Part shown: piece after piece, positions 28,789 through 42,565 of the stretch
Position numbering within the stretch: the first letter of the stretch is position 1
How the letters are laid out: each line of letters begins with the position of its first letter
Source: the human T2T-CHM13v2.0 reference genome, Homo sapiens
Reading direction: 5' to 3' (one strand)
Length of the DNA stretch: 64,000 nucleotides
Assembly: GCF_009914755.1 (NCBI RefSeq)
Contig: NC_060928.1
Made by a program: the position numbers and the translations under genes
The notes under the pieces: model-generated
Told to the model about the DNA's origin: nothing
Database searches by the model: none
Seen by the model: the letters and a program-made list of their open reading frames with translations, nothing else

Positions 28789-29070
28789 GACCAGGCATGG
28801 TGTTTCATACCTGTAATATCAGCACTTTGGGAGTTCGAGCACTTTGGGAGTTCGAGCACTTTGGGAGTTCGAGGCCAGAGGATCACTTGAACTCAGGAGT
28901 TTGAAACTAGCCTGGGAACATAGTAAGAAAAAAAAATAGCCAAGCGTGGTAATATGCACCTGGAGTCCCTGCTACTTGGGAGGCTGAGATAGGAGAATGG
29001 GTGTGGGAGAGTGAGGCTGCAGTGAGCTGGGCAACCAAGTGAGACCTTGCCTCAAAAGAAAGAAAAAAAA
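28789..29070 (+). mobile_element. AluJ with internal 3x17-bp tandem repeat and deletions
   Basis: AluJ diagnostics (GATCACTTGAACTCAGGAG; GAGGCTGCAGTGAGC); TSD AAGTAAAAAT(T/C)AG at 28775-28787 and 29069-29081. Confidence 0.9.
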
Positions 29071-29964
29071 GTAAAAATCAGCACCTGAAATCATTACAGC
29101 ATCCATAGGATCTCAATAAATTAGAGTTTGACATCAGGAAAACCCTTGTAAAGATTTTCCTTTGCTGGGAAGTATAATTCATTTAGGAACAATTCAAAAT
29201 TTTTTTAAGAGAAGATTATTATTTAAGAAAAGATTTTTTTAAAAAAAAACTGTTACCATCCTTCCAAATAAAACATTCAGCTTCAAAGTCAATACCAGCT
29301 TAAAAAGTACTATTTATTTTAAGCACATGTTTATTCAGTGTTTCTACCATGCCGGTACTTTTTGAGGTATGTAGCCGTGAAGCAGAGACTTATATTTTCT
29401 CATGAGTCTTACCTCTGGTTGTGGAGACCCTTTATGCAAATTAAGTAAATAAGGAAGGATAATATCTCTAGCAACAAGCTCTGCAATGTCTTGAATTAGG
29501 GCAAAGTAGTCAAGTGACTCTATGACTGCTACACATTGGTTCATTAGGCAAGCACTTGCTAAGGAGATGATTTTAAGCAGCACCTGGAATGATGAAAAGT
29601 TGTCACTTATGCAGATTGGGAGGAAAGGAATCCAGGAAGGGCTTTTAAGGGGCCCTTGGTGGCATGAGGGGTGGTGATCAATTATAAATTACTTTCAGTT
29701 TAGACCTGGCATTAATGCGGTTAAAAATAGTTAGAAATCACATACGTGAATATGTGGACCCGGATGATACATTCCTGAAACAGTTAACACTATTTCCCAT
29801 TCCCATTATCCCATGGAAGATGTTGCTGATCCGCCACAGAACTAGATTCTTCCAAATTCTAATGCATCTTCCAAATCCTCAATAACAGCATTCAGGGAGT
29901 CAGATCATTGGCTCATAAGATGAAGCACATATGTATCTCACTCTTATTCTGAGGTCCGGGTAAA

Positions 29965-30455
<491 letters not shown>

Positions 30456-30706
30456 GGTCCCTGTTCCTCAGTCTCATGCTGTTTCCTACTTATCCATTCA
30501 GTTACTATATTATTAAAATAACAAAAACAAAATAAAAACCTCCAGATATTTATAGAATGACCAGCAGCCAGTGCCTTCTACGCCCCAAAGCTGTCGTTTT
30601 TCTTTCTGTTTGTTAGTTTATTGTTTCCTAGGCATATTCTGAAGTGCTTATTCTGACTCACTGTCCTTTTCTCTGTAAGCTGTATCAGTTTTTCAAGTGC
30701 ATAGAC

Positions 30707-30979
30707 ATATTTTCCCGATGAGAACACAATGTGAGCCACATATATAATTTTATATTTTCTAGTAGCATTAAAAAAGTAACAAGAAAAAGTTGAAATCAAT
30801 TTAATTATCCAATCAATACATCTAAAATAACTTTAATATATTAATAAATGGGATCGTTTACAGACCATTTTTCATCTTAATGTCTTTGAAATCTGTGTGT
30901 TTTCCATTTCCAGAACTGGCCAAATTCCAAGTGCTGAATAGCCACATGTGGCTAGTGACCTCCAGATTGGGGAGTGCAG
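30707..30979 (+). mobile_element. MER33 (hAT-Charlie)
   Basis: AATGTGAGCCACATATATAATTTT...TTCTAGTAGC...CAAGTGCTGAATAGCCACATGTGGCTAGTG. Confidence 0.8.
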
Positions 30980-33900
30980 TGTAGATAATTAATCTTGTAT
31001 TTGGATCTTGATCTCTGCTAATGTGCCACTGGAATATATTAAAGCATGCATGATTTAAAGTTACTCTAGAATTGATTTACTCCAAATTAACTTATTTCTG
31101 TAATGGTAGGAATTTTACCTGCTGCTTTGGAAATATATTTTGTGGAGGCAAGGCTTTGAGCCACTATAAGAATCATATCACAGATGATCACCAGTTATTA
31201 CAAGAAGTTCTATTTTTGTGGTAAAGGAACAGACGTACATATGTACACACACATAGCCATACACACAATGTTGGTTGCAAATCAATATGTAGATCTACAG
31301 AGAGAGAAAACTGACTCAAAGCAAGTCCCAGGTTTCTCAATCAAATGAAAGTATAATTCTTAAAATGCTGAAAAATTGCTCACATCCTGATATTTTAAAT
31401 GCTCTAGCAAAATGGTATTTTCTAAAAATGCAGCATCCTATTATACCTTTGAGGATTTTCATTACACTTTCTATATTTTTGCTAAATTAGCAGAACCTTA
31501 ATCATTAAGGGCATTTTTAACTTCTGAATCCCAAAACCTTATAGTGACTAGTCATGGTTAAATATAAAATAAGAAAACAATCAGTAAAAATCCCTTATCC
31601 TTAACTTTACTAAATATTCAAATGAAGAAAGAAAAACAAGTGTTCAAGTTTATAAGGCAATTTGCTTATTAGATTCTTTAATTCTTGCATTTATTCACAT
31701 AGAAGTAAAGTTGTGGCTATAGTATAAATGTATATAAAATGTGTAATTTCCAGATAGAACAGAACTGACCCTCTTTTATAAATTAAGAGAAAAATAGTTT
31801 GTGTATACATGAGCTTAATTTGTGTTCATCTCCAAATAATCATATAATTTTTCCTCAATGCTCTAATTCATGTTAAATCTAAATATTTTACTTTAAATAT
31901 CATTTTTGCATGTTATCGAAGATTTAATCCTAGTAGAATGGGATCAGGGAGCATCTCTGTTCTATAGAAACAAAATAGTCCTGTGCTGATTGGTCTCTTT
32001 CTTTGGATTTGTTTAATTGACTAGTAGAAAACAGACCTATTCCCCTTAACGTTGCAAGTAATATGTAGTCATTAATGAGAAGCCCCTTCTTTTGGAGGTC
32101 GCAAGTCAATATGGTTTTCTAAGTGACTGAACTAGAAAAGACTAAGTCTAGGGGGAAATATAATAGAAAAGAAAAAATATGATTCGGGATTCAAGATATA
32201 TAATATCTGACCATATCTAGAAGAAAAAAAATTGTTCTGCTCCATGAAAAATGTTTCCTGTAATAGAATGCACATATAACACCTTCTGTTTGAAAAAAAA
32301 TGTGCATTACTCTCACCCAAGTAACTCTTTCTAAACTTAGGTTATCCTTATCATTGAAATTGTAGTAGTAAAGTGATAGAAAAAAAGACATTGAAAATGG
32401 AATTTATATTTATTTTTTTCATTAATATTTTATCATAAAATTTGAAATAACACAGCCTTAAGAGGTGATCTTTGGGACTATGCTTTTAAGAACAGAAAGG
32501 AGGAAAGATTTATTCCTTTTACCTGTAGTATCTTTATAAAGGGAGTCATCATGATAATGATAATTGTGCAATAAAGCAAAAAGCACACTAAAAATGGAAA
32601 CATACTTTTGAAAATTCTGAAACAATATATTTTATTGCAGCAAACAAAATAGATAGCTAATACTAATTATGGGCTAAACAAATTTGTTTAATATTCAATT
32701 TAATCTATAATACACCAAAAAATTGCAAATAGATTCTATCTTGTCTGTTTAGAATGTTATAAGACTTTGTTCTGTATGCTTTTCAAAGCTTTGTTCTTCT
32801 GCCTTTGGGACTAAATCATAAAGTTCAACCAAAAAAGCTTTGTTTCCCAAAGGACACAGCAGGCATTGATAGTGTACTGTAGCTGTAATTCTATAGTGAC
32901 ACCAGATTGGTGACTGACAGAAATCTCTTGGGTGAAAGTGACAAAGCTGTAATATTTTCACAATGGACTGACTGATGTCTTTGGAAGGTCTGTTTGATTT
33001 CAAAGGACATTTATATTTTTCTGTGAAGATGAAAGTATATTAGACCTTTGTGATGAAAATCATCTGACTGCATAATAAGCATGGAGATAAATAAAATTAT
33101 AGTGCTAGTTTCCTGACTTATTTATTGCCTGAAGCTGATTAAGAATATTTCACAGTATAGATCAAGTGCTATTTATTTTTAGGACAAAGTGGTTATGAGG
33201 TTATCTTTATTTCTATCTGATTAATAGAGAATAAATTACTTAGAAAATAGAACGCATTGCCTATTCCTATGAAGAGTGAGGAGCATATGTATTTTTATAA
33301 GATGATGTATTTATTACTTATAGTTAAAATAATAAATATTTAATAGATTAGCGCATAAAGTATTTTGTTTATATCAAGGTTTGAAACAAAGCATGTAACA
33401 ACATTTTAATTTTTTTCTGCTTAGTTTACCGGAGGGTATCCAGAGTTCTTGAAACTTTAGTAAACTAAGGAAACTGCCAAAAACTACATAAATTTAATTA
33501 AAAGTTAAGTTTTAAAATTTTTGAAAATTTGAAACTCTAAATACATGTTAAAATCTGTCATACTTAACATCAGTAAAATATGAGTAATTTTTAAACTTTC
33601 ACTTTCATACTGGTTTATAAGATAATATTTTAAGGAGAAAACAAGGAACAGTTCGTGTGTTCACGCCAGCATTCTTGGCTCATATTTTTTAACTGAGTGG
33701 TTAACACTTCACTATGTTATTTTGAAATTTGATGTTGCTTATTAGAGCTTACCTAAAGTCTTGCTGTTTGAAAAACTATACAACTATGATTAACATGGGT
33801 TATGTTTGTAAGATGTAAATGATATATAATTTAATATTTAAAAATATTAGTTATAGCATTTTAAAATAGCTATTGTAAAATTGCTTGATCAACTACTTAG

Positions 33901-34352
33901 GAGAATGAAATAAATCTTTTATTTATTTATTTTGTATATGAAATTAAGAATCAACACAATTCAAAATTGTCTGGGCTTTTAATGTTAATCATGCTACATT
34001 TATTTTTAAATAGTTTTAAAATAGTGTTCATATATCTTTAGGGTCAAAATACATCTCTCCTTCCTTTGGGCCTCCATTGGATTCTCTTCTAGCAATGGTT
34101 TCTTAATGGCTGCCTTGATAAATGGGTTTGTGTTGTCCTGGAAGCTGAAAATAAAATTGCTTGCCACAGATTTCACTGAAAGATGTAAACAATATAGTGT
34201 GAAATGGTTTTGATGCAGAAGTTTTATTGATGATAGGAAATAAAGTTTAGAAATTAATTAAAGGTTTATGTTTTATCAAAATATTTTAATTTTTACCTTT
34301 GAATTTAATTGTATCATTATCAATTTTTATTACAAGTTACTGTCCATTCATG

Positions 34353-34977
34353 CAGTGGTTTTCAGCCAGGCCTAGTACTCTACTACCTGAGGGCACTTGG
34401 AAACCTGGAGGGACTTTTCAGCTGTGGCAGTAACCAAGGAGTATATTTCTGGCATTAGATGTAAAGGGGCAAGGATGCCAGTTATCTGACTGCTCAGGAC
34501 AGTTTTACACTGTATTAGTTTACTATTGCTGCTGTAAAAAATTACTGTAAATTTCGTAGATTGAAACGACACAATTTTATTGCCTTACGGTTACGTAGAA
34601 GTCCAACAGAGGTCTCAGTGGTCTAAAATCAAGGTGTGGATAGGGCTATATTTCTTTCTAGAAATTCTACGAGATAATCCATTCACTTGTATGTTCCAGC
34701 TTCTAGAGGACATTCCTTGGCCAGAGGCCCCCTTCCTCCATTTTTTGAAGTCAAACATTTTATCTCTCTAACTGTTCTGAAGTTTCTTCTCTCAAGAACT
34801 CTTCTGAAGTTTCTTGTCTCATAACCACGTTTGCAAAGTCTGTTTTGCCATATGAAGTAACAAACTAACAGGCCCCAGGGATTTGGACTTTTTTGGGGAG
34901 CAGTGGGGTTCTATCTGTTTCATGCACCATGAAGAAATTTCTCACTTTTTCAATAGCTGGAACACAGAGAAGCCCTG
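34353..34977 (+). mobile_element. MER20 split by an MLT1 insertion
   Basis: CAGTGGTTTTCAGCC start, CTGGCATTAG...GGATGC..CAGGACAG, and resumed 3' end CAATAG...GAGAAGCCCTG. Confidence 0.7.
34511..34922 (-). mobile_element. MLT1 (MLT1D-like) solo LTR
   Basis: TGTATTAGTTTACTATTGCTGCTGTAA end, CTAAAATCAAGGTG, TTCCAGCTTCTAGAGG; probable 5-bp TSD TACAC/TGCAC. Confidence 0.85.
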
Positions 34978-35719
34978 TGTTGGAGGGTAGTACATGAAAT
35001 AAGCTGACAGCTTTCACTTCTTTGAAATTGCATTTGATGCCACTTAAATAATGCTCAGGGTTTGCCCCACGACCGTATCTACTTGTTTTGTTGTTTCTGT
35101 CTAAAAAAAGCTAAAGTGGTAATATTGAATAATGAATCAGGATGACCTCAGAGATGGCTCTAAAAGCCATTGCTAAGATATATAGACGTAGATATCTAAG
35201 CTTTTACATCTGGATTTCTTCATAGGCAGCCTTTCGTGATGCACACCTCAGGTTCTTGTTCTATGGATTCCTGCAATCTGTCTTTTAAATGTATATAGAG
35301 ACAGAGTAGGTATAAGACTAGAAAAAAAAAGGGGGAAGAAGTATAAGACAGCTGTCCTTCATTACTTAATTCCTGGATGAGGAATTTTAATTTAATCCAT
35401 GATAGTTATTTCTTAGAATAATCATCTAGATTTCCTATATCTCTGCAAGGTTATCTTACGATTTTAAAGATTTCTTTTCTGATAAAATCAGTTACATATC
35501 ACCAAATAAGTTGTTACCATCTATCAGGAATTTTTAAAGACTTGAGGTTCCAAGTAATATTCCCTAATATTCAAATAAATTTTCAAAAGATAAAAGAAAA
35601 TCTATTAAAACAAACAGCCTAAAATTTTTTACTATACATAGATTATTTAATTTGGAGTAATGATAAAATTGTATTATTTATATCATCTGTGTTTAAAATT
35701 GTGATGAAATTTGACATTT

Positions 35720-35905
35720 ATTTAACAGTTCACTATTTGCAAAAATACTGTAAGTGATCTGTAATACTTGCAATGGCACCATAATATAGCTATTAGTATT
35801 TCTATTTCACAGGTAAGGAAACTGAAGTTCATAATAATCTTGTCCAACAGCAACACACGTAGTTAATAGTGAAGCCAAAATTGGGACTCTGAATTTGTGC
35901 TCTGC
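35720..35905. mobile_element. MIR
   Basis: Core ATTTCACAGGTAAGGAAACTGAAG. Confidence 0.65.
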
Positions 35906-38900
35906 TCTTTGGCAGCTGTGTTAAAGTAGAATCACTGTGGAAATTTATTTATGCTGTTGATTCCTCCTTAGATGCTATTAGAGTTCCCCGATTAGTAATG
36001 AGTGACTAGTTTGAATTATTGTAGTTTGAATTATACACTAGTTTATAATTGTATATTGGCTTCTTAGCCAATATACAATTAGCCTTAGACAACCTAGGAT
36101 TATCTAGGCTTCTTAGCCTTAGACAATCTAGGAGTTCATTGAATGTTGAGTACTTTAGTGGGCCAAATCTTCAGGTTAAATATTTTTGGCATGTAAAATT
36201 ATAATTAGCTGTATGAAGCTGATTCTGGGTTTAGATTGCTAAGGAAAGTCAGAACTAGCTAAATTAGTCCTACTAGAATTATATTGCGTTGATCAGCATA
36301 TCATAAAGAGGGGAGGAAAGAAAATTCTCCTTGGAGGTTTCCTTTATCTCTCTGAATTTTTAAATTAAAATCTATTTTCTATGTTTCAGGCACTTTATAA
36401 ATTATTTTAATTAGCATTTTAATACTGGCTTCATATTAATAAATTGAGATAAAACTTTAAATTTTACTAATGCAGTAATTGATTATTTGGTACAACTACA
36501 ATATCTTTATAATTTGAGCTTTGAAACAATCAAGAATTTTAAAATGCAAATATTATAAGATGGTTTCTCCTACCTGTATATTTGGTGACCATTAACTCTT
36601 CAGTCCACTATGATTTTTAACTTGTCATTGTTGATTGAAAGAAGAATGTTAAGTAGGAAAAAGTACTCAAATTAATGTAATTAAATCAAAGTAATTGAGT
36701 ATAGAATTGCTTACCATGGTATAACTTTTTTATTTTTTATTTTTTTTACTTCTCATTTTTATGTTCTTTTGTCTCATCAACTTTTCCTTGTATCCTATGT
36801 GACCATAAGACTACTGGAAAAAACTGGGAACATGTCTACGTTTTGAGGTTCATTGTTTAAAAGAGAATAAACACATATTTTCTTATGTACATCATATATT
36901 AATAGATATGGTATCGGCTATACTCTAATTTATTTATTCTGCTTTTTTCAGATATTTATATGTATGTTGTTGGTTGCTTTTGTTTAAGATATTTGATAGC
37001 ATGTCCCCGAGTATTTCTCTTCTTATTTGTAGAAAAGAAACATTATATAATGTCGTAGAAGAAACAATAACAATATATTCTCATTATATTTGACCTTTAC
37101 TGGGTCATTCTTTATAAAAACATTTTTTTAATTCATACCAATGGATGCTATAGGAAATATTTTCATTTATTGCATACAGATCATTAAATTTAGAGAGATA
37201 ACACTGATAGCCACGAAGTGATAAAAGGGTATATGATCAAAGGCTAGAGCATACACAGTGTCTCCTTTTAAGCAATCCTAAGATTACGGTGCATTTCAAA
37301 GATAATTGTTTTATACAATTCTCCTTTTAATTTAATCTACATAATAATATTGTCCTGCCAAAATTTTCCAAAATGCTGATGATTAGGCCCATGTTTGGCA
37401 AAAGCCTGTGTATCTGTACTCCATAGCATTGACCAGTAAAAGGAGGAAAAATGCTTTTGAAATCAGTATGATTTTATTTCATTTAATCAAAGGCTAATCA
37501 TTACAAAAGCAAATGATTTGATTGTTTGGTTGTTCAGAAAATAATTGTAAATGGTGTCCATTTCATTAAGCTTTTAAAAATAAAGGCAACTACAATAAAT
37601 AGTTACAGCCTGTTTATGTCCACTTTCCTAAGTTTTAATACACTACAAAATTCAGCTGACTTACTGTTCATATAACCAGCTTAAGAGTGTAAGTGGTAAC
37701 TTGGAAGATGACATTTGGAAAAATAGACTGCTCTCTCAGCCCCATGAGGCTCACTGAGCATGAAACGACCACTGGCACCATGGTGGCCTTGTATTATCAA
37801 GTAACTGGAGTGAAGTTGATATACCAGCAGTGGCTGGAGTCAGGTTCTGACTCATAAAATAGACCTTTTCATGCTCTGCTACGTTCTCGTTCAGGAAAGC
37901 TACCATATGTAGAGAACTGTGTACATAAAATTTGGAATATGATTTCTTGTAGCTTTTGGATAACTGTTATGAAACTCACACGGCAAAAAATATTCTTAGT
38001 ATTTCAACAAAATTATTTTTATTTTATTTTGAAAAATGCAATTTTAAAAAAATCTCAGTTGTTTATAAATATCATTTCAATCAGTCTTTTATATCAAAAG
38101 TGATATGTTTAATATACACTTACTGTGTACCCACAAAAATTAAAAATAGCAAAATTTAAAAATGCTGTTTTAAACAAACATTGATACTTGTATGTAGCAT
38201 CTAAGATGGCTTTAGCAATATATATTAATATACAATACCTTTATATGGTTATGATAATAGAATAAATACTGTTTGTTCTAAGTATTATTTATTCATTCAT
38301 GCAGTAAATATTTATTGAGAGTCAAACATGTAAAGGGTACCATGCTATTAATTAGTTTGGAATCTAACTTCCAATTGGAGTGAGTAGATAAAAGCAACTT
38401 TTGTTACAAATGAAGATTTACATAGATCATTCTTTTAGTCACAAAAGTGGAAGGGAGAATTTGTGAGACGAATAAAAAATGTATATACTTATCTTTCTCC
38501 TTCTAAATTTCCACCTGTCAAGATTTTCTATGTGTGGGACAGAGTTGCAAGGAAGACACAAATAATCCCACTCCTGTTTCAGAACTCCACTGTGCACCAA
38601 TTTTTATTTTCCCTCCCCTACAGATCATAATCTAAGTTGCTAAGTGAGTGAAAAATAGTGGAATAAGCTTTGATCACAGGGCTGGCTCCTACCTTTCCTT
38701 TAAAAACTGTCTGAGCATTTCATCCTTCATCTTGTGCCTTTCTTGGGATAAGAATGGTGAGTTAGAAGAATACTGACTCTCAGGAAGTCTCTGAGTAGCT
38801 GGGGAATTGTGACATTCAGCCACTCTAGGGAACCTTATCCTTAGAATACTGATACATACTATTGATTTGGGAAGGTGAGATATGAAGATGAATTCATCTT

Positions 38901-41057
38901 CACTGATATTTAATTATACTTTGAATATAAGTTTTTCTAATCCATTGACACACATCCCTTTCAGTCACACTGACACTTATTTCATAATCTGATTGAGAAA
39001 CTCGGTGTTAAATATGACAATGAATTTTATTTTCTTTGTCTGTAAAGGTCAGAAAAATATATCAACAAGTTTCCTTAACCTACACAATTCTATGTGCTTC
39101 CTTTCACTGAAATAATTTATTTTGCCCTTGGGCCTGAAAACTTTAACATTATCCCACTGATTTCATTATCCATTATTTGTAACCACCTGGATTATGCATA
39201 TTTGTAATATTTTTATTTGGCTCGTGGAGTTAATGGGGTTAATCTTTAAAATTATAGAAATATATGGATTATTTTTCGAGTGTTTATGAACATTTAAAAA
39301 CTGTCCTCTTCAAATACTAAAATATTTAATTTATTCTACTCTCTTGCTATTTTTTTTACTTTCTTGTTTAGTTTTTAGTGCTGGGTTATTTTGTCATTAA
39401 CTTTTATACATTCCCATAGTATTGTATATACATTTTCCAGAAATACTGTATAAAATGTCTTTTACTGATTATATAAGTACTACATATCTATTGTAAATAC
39501 TTTGGAAAATTCAGAAAAATTACACAAAAAAGAAAGAAATCCCTAGTATAATGTTATCAGGGAAATACAACATTTAGTTTTTGTCAATGTAAAAATTTTG
39601 TTTATTTAGCTTATTAGCATAGATGTATAACCAATAAGGAAGTTCGTTTCAACAGTTATTATTACTGACATACTGTGTACCTTGCACAGTGTTATGCACT
39701 GTGAAAATAAAAGCAAGGTGTCAGACTCACAGACTAGTTAACAGAGATAAGACAAAGAGATATAGGACAATAGAATAATTAAGCACCAGTGTAATTGGAT
39801 CATATAAATGAAGGATAAATGCTTTTATAATAACTTCCAATTAAATTTATGTAATTTACGATTATCTTAATGAGCTTTACCAAAAGCACTATTTAATTAT
39901 GGTTGCTTTTAAGAACAGTGCAACATAGACAGACAGTCTCTGTAGGTTCAACAGCAATTTCTTGTCAACAGAAACAGCTGTACTCAGTGAAATTTCAAGA
40001 GACATTTTCTAAGTTAATCAGCTTGGGGGCTATGAAGAAGTAAAACTAGGTGTTTTCTTTCATTTCTTCTAGTCCTCTTAATCATCATAGTTACAGTAGT
40101 TACAGGACCCTAGAGTTAGAAGAAATGTCCATAATTATTCTAAATCCTCTACTTTAGAAATGAGACAGTGGAGGCCCAGAAATGCTACCTTATCCCATCT
40201 TATCCTTTCAGAAAAAATGGTCTAGTAATACAACTGTTACCTTTGAGATTGTGAATTCCATAAGGACAGGTACTCTTCTGGCTTTTTCTTTGTATGTTAT
40301 TGGTCAAAATTGTACCTCGTTTAAGTTCTTACTAAATTGAATGAATGTAATCACATCTCTGTAAGACTATATTCATTCATTTAATTTTATAATATTTTCT
40401 CATGTATTTACCTATGCATTAACTTATTTGTCATGCACTTTTAGATAACCTACTCATTGTTAAGTACCCTATTCTTCCTAGAAGTGCAAGAATAAAATAT
40501 ATGTTCTTGGCTTTTGTATAACACAGAGTTTAAGGTAGGTATCAGATTTGCAAGTAAGGTTTTGGTGTAATAAAGTTTGTAAATTCCATGCCTCCATCCA
40601 GGGTCTAAGTATTATTATTAACATGTCTCTTTGATATACATTAATCTTGGGAGCATCTGTTGTTGTCTCGTATTATTCTTCCCAAGTTAAAAATATCTTA
40701 TACAAACTATTGTAGTTAACCCAGTACCTCTTGCTGGCAATGCAGATACTCTATAAAAGTGGAAAGCCTTCCCCACCTCCACCTTTTCCAAGTATATTTC
40801 CTAATATTCAGGCTTTGTGTCATCTTCCTCATTATAGTTGAAGATGTGATACTCTTATGTCCAACTGTCTTCTTTGACATTAAGGATGAGGAGCGCAAAG
40901 AGAGGAATTGTCTTTTTTCAGGCCTGTGGGCTTCCCAGGAGGGTTCAGCATTACAAATGGACTTCCATAGTGTGCCTGTATCCCTAAATGTCTCAGTAAT
41001 CAACAGATCACCCTCAAAATATGTGGGACAGCTTCCATTCAAGAGTACAGAGATTTT

Positions 41058-41397
<340 letters not shown>

Positions 41398-42565
41398 TTA
41401 GTTGTTCTTTCTCAAAGCTCCCAATTTTTCTTTTTCACTCATTTGTCTCTATATTTTATTTATTTATTTTTCACTAGAAAAAATTACTTCTGAGATTTCT
41501 GACAAACTAAAGACACTACACATGATGCCTCCCCCATTCTTTTGACTGTGTTTTCGTTGTTTGCTGACTTAAGTATGTTGAAAGTCTTTCAATTTTATGT
41601 GACCAAAATGCTGGATGAAACACAGAGTGAAAATCCATTTTGTCCTATGGTCCTGGATAGGAGGCCATCCTTGGTCACCATGGGCAATAGTCAGGCCTGG
41701 AGTTATCTTGAGAGAAGCATCCTAATGATCTGCAACAGCTGTGGCCCCTGCTTACTCACAAAGCTTTCCTCCTATGGATAAAAGACAAGGATCAAGAGTA
41801 CCAAAATATTTCAACAATCTAGCTAACCCTCTTCCTAGTCAATGATCTTAAGCCCTCCAAGAGATTACAGGACCCTTAGAGAATAGAATATGAGACCTCA
41901 AGAAGCAAGTTTAGAAGGGAAACTAATACTTTCAGAATGTTGTTCTGTGATCTAATTCTCAGAATCCACTAATGCTATGCCTTGCCTAAAACTATTTCTG
42001 CCTTATTGCTTTCTACTCTTTTCCTTTTTTCTGAAAGCAGTATTTTTATATAGCAGCCATACTAGAAAAGATATTCACCAAAATGAGATATGGATGTCTG
42101 ATTACGGTATACTTCTATTAGTATTTTATTTTTTAGAACTAAATCATCTATTAAAATAATGCTCATTTTAGAGAATTCTTAGGAAATATTATTTACTCTC
42201 ATCATCCAGATGCAGACATGCATGGTCTGGAATATTTTTATAAGAGTTACACAAAAATGACTGTCATATTTAAATACTCATCTGGCTGTCCCTCCTGAGT
42301 TTATACTGTGTATCTTTAGAAATTAACAATTTGCAGATATATTTAACTAAATACAGAAGCAGAATCAATTCTCCATATTTGTTGACTGACAGAATGGTGG
42401 AACAATAGCGGCATTACCCCAACAGTTATGATTAGCAGAGCCCTTTACCTTCTGATTCCATAAAAGCACACAGAACATGTTAATGTAGATATAATGCAGT
42501 CCTCAAAGGATTAACATTCCATTTCGCAAAAGATATTTTCCAGAATCTCGGAAGTAGGTGACATC

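Noticed and set aside
28821-28873. Short direct repeats resembling a CRISPR array
   Set aside because: No spacers, head-to-tail repeat inside an Alu, eukaryotic DNA
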